Of a DNA stretch of 64,000 nucleotides, positions 56,514 through 64,000 are shown in pieces; within the stretch, counting starts at the first letter, position 1, and each line of letters starts with the position of its first letter. Source of the stretch: Azolla caroliniana (Eukaryota; Plantae; Polypodiophyta). Location of the stretch: assembly GCA_043228905.1 (NCBI GenBank), contig JBHGNT010000001.1, positions 1,798,001-1,862,000 on the forward strand, given 5' to 3'. Under the pieces are notes generated by a model, which was not told where the DNA came from, did not search any database, and was given only the letters and a program-made list of their open reading frames with translations. Made by a program: the position numbers and the translations under genes.

Positions 56514-59500
56514 CTTGCGAAACACAACATCAAGCTCGCCATGTATTACTTCATATTGAGCTCTTAGAGTATGCAGGAGCATCAACCATATCTCCTTGAC
56601 TAACTCAACCGCATTCGGTTTGACATTCTGAAATACACACTTACATCTTGCCTTTCATAACATCTAAACTACTAAAGAAGATATAGTAGACGAAACCTTG
56701 TCTTCTTCGGATTGGTGTAGTATAAGAGGCCTCCAACACATGTCTTCCATCAGAGAGGAGAAGAAAATCAACACAGTCCCTTTCATAATTATGTATTTCT
56801 TCAGCCAACCTTCCCCATCTCACAAAGCCCCATGTGTACACCTATTTACCATAAATAGGATACAAAATTCTCAACACTCTTTTCCATACTGCTCTAGCTA
56901 TAGGACATACCCATAAAACATGGTGCACCGTTTCATTGGGCAAACCACAATTGTCACATTTTAAATCATGGCAATGCTCCTTCATCCATGACTTCACAGG
57001 GGTGCCATAATGTACCAACAACCATCTAAAGAAGACAACTTTTCTAGGAATTTCCATGGCCCATGGCCATTTCCAATAAGCATTTAACCAAGAGTGCCAT
57101 ACATTACCCAAGTTCCAAAAACTACATGCTATTGGCGTAACAACCACACGCCTCCTTAGCAATTCTCTACCCATTTTTACCGAGTACTGAAAAAATGGGA
57201 TTTGCTTTCCTAACATTCCTTGTGGTAATATGCTTTTCCATTTCCATTCATTGGGATCCCACAAAAGTTTGTCAATAGGCTTATTCTCGTAGACCCACAA
57301 TTCAGATAAATTGTTTATATCATTTGGGTGTGGATTCAACATCCATTTTTTATCGTTTTTCCACAATATACGAACAGGCAACATTCTCCCTTGAGATACA
57401 ACTTTGTCTTCCATCATGACAGAATGAAGCCGTCTAGACCGCAAAACATCGAAATATAGACAGTCATGAGAGTTTTTATAAGCTCTGACCCCCAACAAGA
57501 CATGTAAAGATGAAAACATACCATACCAAATAGACCACTTTGAGAAGGCTAAAAGGAATGCATCGTAAACACTCTATCGATTTCTTTATACATAATGTTT
57601 CCACCCCAAATTGTGCGACAAATCTGGGTTTTGTTTTCAATCAACGAAGAAGAAAAATACAGTCAAATCCTTACCGATCTAGCTTCTCCTCTATCAAAAT
57701 CAGCCCATTTCAACCTAGTTCTTTTCCCTAACATTCCTCCCTCCTTAGATAGAAATAATGGGTTCATTATGAGGGGTTGTCGCAACTATTCCTCCATACA
57801 TGATAGTAGAGATTGGACCAAGTTATGTTTCAAATCCCACCATGCCTTCATGATACCCCTAAAAAACTTATCCTGTCGAAAAATATCAAGGGAATGATTA
57901 AAATCTCTTAAAAACCACCATCTAATACTATCTTGCCAGTTGCCACCTGTAGAAGGCATAACCTTAACCATTCCGTGCCTTAAGATTTTTTTCCAGGGAT
58001 CCCCACCTGGCAACAAGCCTCTTATAATAAATTTCCCCAAAAAAGCCTTACATTGTAATAGAGGATCAATCAACCCAAGACCCCCCTTGTCCTTTGGAGT
58101 TGTAATGACTTTCCAAGATACTTTAGCTCTCACATATGAACCATCTTTAGATCCCCAACGGAAATTTCTAATAAGCCTTTGCACTTGTGATAAAGCCGAA
58201 CATGAACACAACCAAGCCGACAAAATGTACCACATGGAAGCCAACAATACTTGATTGGCAACAACCACCCGACTTGCCAATGACAATTTAGCAGCATTCC
58301 AATATAACAATTTCTTCCTTATAGCAAGCAACAAAGGAGCTATATGATCGTCCGGTGCAAGGTTAATTCCTATCTGACATCCCAGGTATCTTACGGGTTT
58401 ACCATGCGGAATCCACTGAAACCTTTCTTGTGGACACCACAAGGGGTTTACTATGGTACTTACCCAGAATCCCACTAACTTATTCCAATTAATAACAGCT
58501 CCAGAAGCATAGCAAAAACTATCAATAGCCCGTTGTACTCTACACAAATTATTGTGAGAACCTTGCAAATACAAGGCTGTATCATTAGCAAATTGACAAT
58601 CCACAATTTGCTCCTCTAACCAAGGCCATTGCAGTCCTTTTATATTCTCAACATTACTTATAAGAAAACTACTAAAAGCTTCTCCAATCATCAAATATAA
58701 AAAGGGAGCTAACGGACATCCTTGTCTCACTGACCTTGAAATTGAAAATGGTTGGCCTAGCTCTCCAGCTACTAATACCCTACTAGTGGCTGAGTTGTAA
58801 ATAGCGGAAACAACCGTTAACCATTGATTAGGAAAACCTTTCAAGATTCATGGTATAAATTATTGTGGTTAATGCTCAAAAACTTTCAAGATTCATGGTA
58901 TAAATTATTGTGGTAGAGCCAAGAAAGGGAATTTATAATTAAAGGTTGTCACAAAACCTTACAACCTTTTTGTAACAATGCCATTGGTGGCAACAAGTTA
59001 AAGGAGTTGACTTGTTGAACTCTACACTTGCAGACCAAATAATGGATCAAAAACAAAGTATGCTAGTAAACGATGGTCGAAAATGGTTTATAGTCTTAAT
59101 CTTGCAAATTATTTTAATTAGTATGCCCCAAACTAATAAAGGTTTATAAAAAATGACAAATATCAACTACCTTGTTCCAAGGATGCCTTTTCCTATGGTT
59201 AGAAGAACTCAATTCGTCATGATTCCTTTGTCAATGAGGGGTATATCAAGGAGTTAGAAAAAATTGGGTCTTCCAATGATAAAGGAATTCATAAGATTAA
59301 AATTAGCTTACACAATCATCTCTATTTGAGGTAGTGTTAGCATTTTTCGGTGTTCTCGACGAAAGTCTCTATCTCGAGAACCACCTAGAGATAATTGTTC
59401 CGGAATATACCTGTCATGATATGGCAAGACTCGAACCCATGACCTTATACTACATGGGTCGAGCTCTTGACCATTAGACTATACATTGTAATACATAAAA

Positions 59501-59922
59501 TATTATTTTCATTTATGTTTTATTATAGAAAATTGATGTATATTCCAAATTTCTCTGGAACATTCTAGAAACTTCAGGAGTATTCCTTAGAACACTATAA
59601 AAGGAGGCACAAGGCATTATTTCGAACCAAATCGGTTCAACACCAGTCTTAAGCCTCCTAGCTACTGTACATTTTCTTCACATAATATATATCTTTTCTT
59701 ATCATCACTCTCTCTCTCTCTCTCTCTCTCGATCTCTCTCTCCCTCCCTCTCACTCACTCTTTCCTTCTCTCAAGAGTTCTTCACCTCTCTTAGTACTAA
59801 TACTTCTTTTAGTACTAATTCCTTCTCTGTCTTAGTACTGTTCCTGACAGTTTGAACCGATTTTCCTACCTTCTATCTCTCTCATTTCCTACTAATCTCT
59901 TGTTCCTCTTTTCTTTCCTCCC

Positions 59923-61074
59923 ATGGCCATTGTTAGCGCTGAAGAATATCAATCTGTTTTCTCGGAATTTCAATGCTTGAAAGAGAAGTTCCATGCTTTG
60001 GAACAAGAAAACCAACGGTTGCTGGGGGATCTTCAGCAAATCTCCTTAGAAAAGCAGCAAACGCAACAACAGCATGGGGAACTTGCGTTACGCATGCAAC
60101 AACTCAAAGCAACCATCGTAGCGATGCAACAACAAGGGCCCGGAACACAAGGGATTCATAAAGAACCCAAGATTGGCCTTCCCACAAAGTTCGATAGAAC
60201 GCGATCGCAGTTTAGAGGGTTCCTTAACCAGGTACGATTAGTTATTCAAATGCATCCTTCCCGATATCCCACCGATGCATCACGAGTGGGTTTAGTAGGC
60301 ACTTTGTTAAGTGGCTCAGCGTTGGCATGGTTCGCTCCACTATTAGAAAAGGAATCCCCGTTACTCAACAATTTTGAAGAGTTTCTAGGTGAGTTTAAAG
60401 CATGTTTCGGAGATACTAACAGCATCAGGACCGCAATCAACAAAATTCGGCGATTACGCCAAGGTGACCGTCTAGCCTCCGCATATGCTGCAGATTTTCG
60501 CCTACTCGCCGCCAATATCCCTTGGGATGATCATGTGTTGATGGAGCAATTCCGTTATTGTGTACGCAACGACGTCAAGGATTTACTCTTGACCTTCCCC
60601 GAAGAGCCAAAGTCCTTAACAGAAGCAATCAGTCGCGTGGTGAGATGTGACAACCGCCTCTTTGAGCGACGTTCGAAACGACAACTACAGATGCCGAGGG
60701 CAAGATCAGAGCCCACCTACGCCTCAGTGGTAGCAAGACCTTTTCCGAGGGAGTCATATAATGCGCCTCCAGCGAATACTCCGACTCCGATGGAGATTGA
60801 CACTACACGTCGTCAAGGGCCATTATCCGAAGAAGAAAAGCAGCGACGTCGTACAAATCGACTATGTCTTTACTGCGGTGGACCAGGACATATTGCAATA
60901 AATTACCCCCATAGGCCAAGAAGACAGGTAAACCAAATAGTCGCTAGTTCTAATTGTACTAAACCCGAGCCTATTTCAGTAGGGATATCTAATAGTCCTA
61001 ATAGTACTGATAGCCCAGATCTAGCAAACAAATTTGATGTCCTTAGTCAGTTAGAAGAAGAGTTAAACGACTAA
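59923..61074 (+). CDS. Element F Gag
   Basis: EPKIGLP.KFD..RSQFRGFL, SGSALAWF, PTPMEID and CLYCGGPGHIAINYP (last Cys of the knuckle lost). Confidence 0.88.
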   Translation: MAIVSAEEYQSVFSEFQCLKEKFHALEQENQRLLGDLQQISLEKQQTQQQHGELALRMQQLKATIVAMQQQGPGTQGIHKEPKIGLPTKFDRTRSQFRGFLNQVRLVIQMHPSRYPTDASRVGLVGTLLSGSALAWFAPLLEKESPLLNNFEEFLGEFKACFGDTNSIRTAINKIRRLRQGDRLASAYAADFRLLAANIPWDDHVLMEQFRYCVRNDVKDLLLTFPEEPKSLTEAISRVVRCDNRLFERRSKRQLQMPRARSEPTYASVVARPFPRESYNAPPANTPTPMEIDTTRRQGPLSEEEKQRRRTNRLCLYCGGPGHIAINYPHRPRRQVNQIVASSNCTKPEPISVGISNSPNSTDSPDLANKFDVLSQLEEELND

Positions 61075-64000
61075 GTCTAGCCAAAATAGGAGTCGTTTGG
61101 TTGGACAGCCCTAGATCTGTGCAGCCCATTAGTGGTTCCATTCCCTCTAAGCAAGTTAGTGATGTGTTCGTAGCCCAAGTAATAGTTAGTACTAAAAGTA
61201 CCCCACCAGTACATGTCCTAGCACTCCTAGATTCCGGAGCTAACTCTTGCTTTATGGATAAGAAATTTTCTCAAGCTCATAAGATATCCCTAAGAAAACT
61301 CCAGTGTCCAGCCTCTGTAGTAGTCATTGATGGACGTCCCATTGCTTCCAGAAATATCATAGAAGAGTCAGAGCCCATTAATATTTTCCTAGATAACTTA
61401 GCATGTGTAGTATCATTTAATATTATTAGTATCCCAGAACATCCCATAGTTTTAGGATTACCGTGGTTCGAGTTACATAACCCAGACATAGATTGGAGAA
61501 CAAGAGAAATCCGGTGTCGACAAACCCAAGGGTCAACTCAGAAGATGGCAACCATTTCGCTACGTCAGTTGCGTAAAGAAGGGCACAAGGAGGAAATGTT
61601 CCTCTTTGCAATATCAGTAAACCCCTCCAGCACCACTAAAGAAGGATTCACCGTTCAACTTCCCGAGAAGTATCGTCATTACGCCAATGTGTTCGATAAA
61701 GTACAAGCCAACACACTTCCTCATCATCGGCCGTAAGATTGCCCCATCGATTTACAACCGGGAAAAGAGCCGCCATGGGGACCGATCTACAATTTGTCAC
61801 CAACCGAGTTGGAAGTCCTTCGGGCCTATATAGAGGAGAATTTGGAAAATGGTTTCGTTCGGCATTCGAAATCTCCAACCGGCGCGCCCATTTTCTTCGT
61901 CAAGAAAAAGGATGGATCACTTCGTCTTGTTGTAGATTACAGTGGCCTGAATAAGGTTACAATCAGGAATAGGTATGCTCTTCCCCTTATCTCAAGTCTT
62001 TTAGAACGGATCAATGGTGCCAGGTTCTTCACGAAGATCGACTTACGGGGAGCATATAACCTCGTACGGATCCGACCAGGAGACGAATGGAAGACCGCAT
62101 TTCGCACCAGATATGGGCACTTCGAGTATACGGTCATGCCGTTCGGCCTCACTAATGCACCGGCAGTCTTCCAGCACATGGCTAATGATATATTCCGAGA
62201 TCTATTTGATGATTGTTTGATCATCTATTTGGATGATCTACTGGTTTATTCAAAGACCCAAGAACAACATGATTCTCATGTACTATTAGTACTAAAACGA
62301 CTTCGAGAACATGGTCTGTATGCAAAGCTGGAAAAATGTAGTTTCAGGTGCAACCAAGTGGAATTTCTCGGCTACATCATTTCGTCAGAAGGCATCTCCA
62401 TGGACCCAGCTAAGGTCAAAACGGTGGTAGAATGGCAGACTCCATGTTCGGTGCGGGATGTGCAATGCTTCCTAGGCTTTGCCAATTTTTACCGGAAGTT
62501 CATACAAGATTACTCAAAGATCGTTCTACCTCTCACACAACTTACCAGGAAGGGACAACCATTCATTTGGTCTGAAGAAACGGACGTGGCTTTCGAGAGT
62601 CTTAAAAAGGCATTTACATCAGCTCCACTATTAGCTCATGTCGATCCGGAAAAACCATTTATTATCGAAGCTGACGCATCGGATTTTGCATTGAGGAGCA
62701 TTCTGTCACAACAAGGGAATGATGAGAAGCTCCTGTGTCTTTTCACTCACGCAAGTTTGACGACGCCGAAATCAACTACAAAATTCATGATAAGGAGCTA
62801 TTGGCAATAGTGGATTCTTTTATGCAATGGAGGCATTTTCTGGAGGGATCCTCTCATCCGGTCACCGTATTTAGTGACCACAAGAACCTTGCCTACTTTC
62901 AGGATGCTCGTGTGTTGAATCGACGTCAAGCTCGGTGGGCCCACTTCCTCACGCGTTTCGACTTCAAAATTACATATCGTCCGGGGAAGCACCAAGGGAA
63001 GGCAGATGCATTATCACGGTGTTCGTATCTAGCACCCCGTCCCGGCGAGCCAGCTTTTAATAACCAAAAATAAGTCATCTTGGGACTGGCACGACTACAA
63101 GCAACAAAGATCTTTGACATGCCCATGGATTCCCGCGTTATCAATACCATACGCGAAGACTTGAAGACAGATGCGTTCGCCCAAGCTATACTAGCACAAA
63201 TTGATCCCTCTCGAGCGTCGTGTTCACAGTCGCAACCACCAGGTACGGACTATCGGCAATTCAAATACCATGATGGATTACTCTTCTTTAAAGAACTTTT
63301 GTATGTTCCTAATGGTTCTTGCTGCCTTCAAGTAGTACAAAACTATCATGATACATATACAACTGGGCATTTTGGTAGTACTAAAACACTACATTTAGTA
63401 CAACGATCATTCTAGTGGCCCTGTATGCGACAATTTGTCGAGGATTTTGTTCGGACTTGTGATACATGCTGCAGAGCGAAAATGCCAAGGCATCATCCAT
63501 ATGGTTTATTAGAACCATTACCAATTCCAAGCAAGCCGTGGCAATCCATTGCTCTAGACTTCATCACAGATCTTCCAGTCTCTAAGGGGTTCAATGCAAT
63601 TCTAACGGTGGTCGATCGATATACAAAGATGGTTCATTTATTGCCATGTACTAAGGAGATCTCCAGTGAAGACACTGCCGAAATTGTCATGCGTGAAGTA
63701 TGTCGGCATCATGGACTTCCCGATAGTATCATTTGCGACCGTGGACCCCAGTTCGTGTCAAAATTCTGGAAGCACCTTTTTAACATCCTCAAGGTCACTT
63801 GTAACCTCTCCTCCGGCTACCACCCACAAACCGACGGCCAAGCCGAACGAACCAATCAAACGCTGGAGCAGTATCTGCGGTGCTCTCTCAGCTATCATCA
63901 GGATGACTGGGTAGATATTCTCCACTTCGCCGAATTTGCCTATAACAACTCTATCCACGCATCCACGAAAGTTACGCCATTTTATGCTTATACGGGATGT
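61062..64000 (+). pseudogene. Element F pol (disrupted, incomplete)
   Basis: Begins in the -1 frame relative to gag. Stops at about 61734, 63071 and 63413, and a frameshift near 62735. Confidence 0.9.

Larger units (their letters stand above)
50304..58870 (-). mobile_element. 5'-truncated L1-type LINE (copy 2), split by Copia E
   Basis: ORF2 remnants SVRQGCPLAPFLY, QFANDT, RYLG and zf-RVT CDNC...ETVHHVLWVCP. The frame continues across the Copia TSD. Candidate 16-bp TSD AATGCTCAAAAACTTT (50288-303, 58871-86). Confidence 0.88.
59412..64000 (+). mobile_element. Tf1/sushi (Tcn1-like) Gypsy element F, degenerate, runs off the window end
   Basis: Candidate LTR TGTCA..TGACA at 59412-59849 with TATA at about 59596. 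Sushi/PEG10-like Gag, LLDSGA protease, KIDLRGAYNL/YLDD RT, RNase H and integrase, with stops. Confidence 0.92.

Noticed and set aside
59335-59411. TGTTAG at 59335 as the start of the element F LTR
   Set aside because: TGTCA at 59412 matches the TGACA end at 59849 better. This cannot be confirmed without the 3' LTR.
59412-59488. Functional tRNA gene
   Set aside because: Acceptor, anticodon and T stems pair poorly. Kept only as a tRNA-like promoter cassette.

Overview
Repeat-dense eukaryotic DNA from a land plant, most likely a fern or other non-seed vascular plant. This is inferred from decayed PLS-type PPR repeats of the 'MQSEGLSPD..T..C.LKAC' style and a Tf1/sushi-like chromovirus. Only one intact host gene is visible: a five-exon CYP72-clan cytochrome P450 on the minus strand (41964-44187), with a decayed partial paralogue upstream. 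The rest is transposons and gene debris. These include a young Copia (49-5499) inserted into an older Copia, and a nested stack (13934-37633) inside a PPR pseudogene: chromovirus A contains Athila-like Gypsy B, B contains fungal-type Gypsy D, and A also contains Copia C. There are also a three-LTR Copia E inside an L1 LINE, two hAT MITEs, EF1B and vicilin gene fragments, and Gypsy F running off the right end. The most unusual signals concern priming and recoding. (1) Two otherwise dissimilar LTR families carry, where the polypurine tract should be, a collinear 42-nt motif resembling the T-arm/acceptor/CCA end of tRNA-Arg, with a compensatory hairpin. (2) Element D has a tRNA-Trp PBS, a 4-bp TSD and a virus-like -1 frameshift pseudoknot. 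(3) Element F has a Tf1-type self-priming PBS and an antisense tRNA-like A/B-box cassette at its LTR start. All coordinates, alignments and counts were read by eye. tRNA and family assignments are from memory and need database confirmation.
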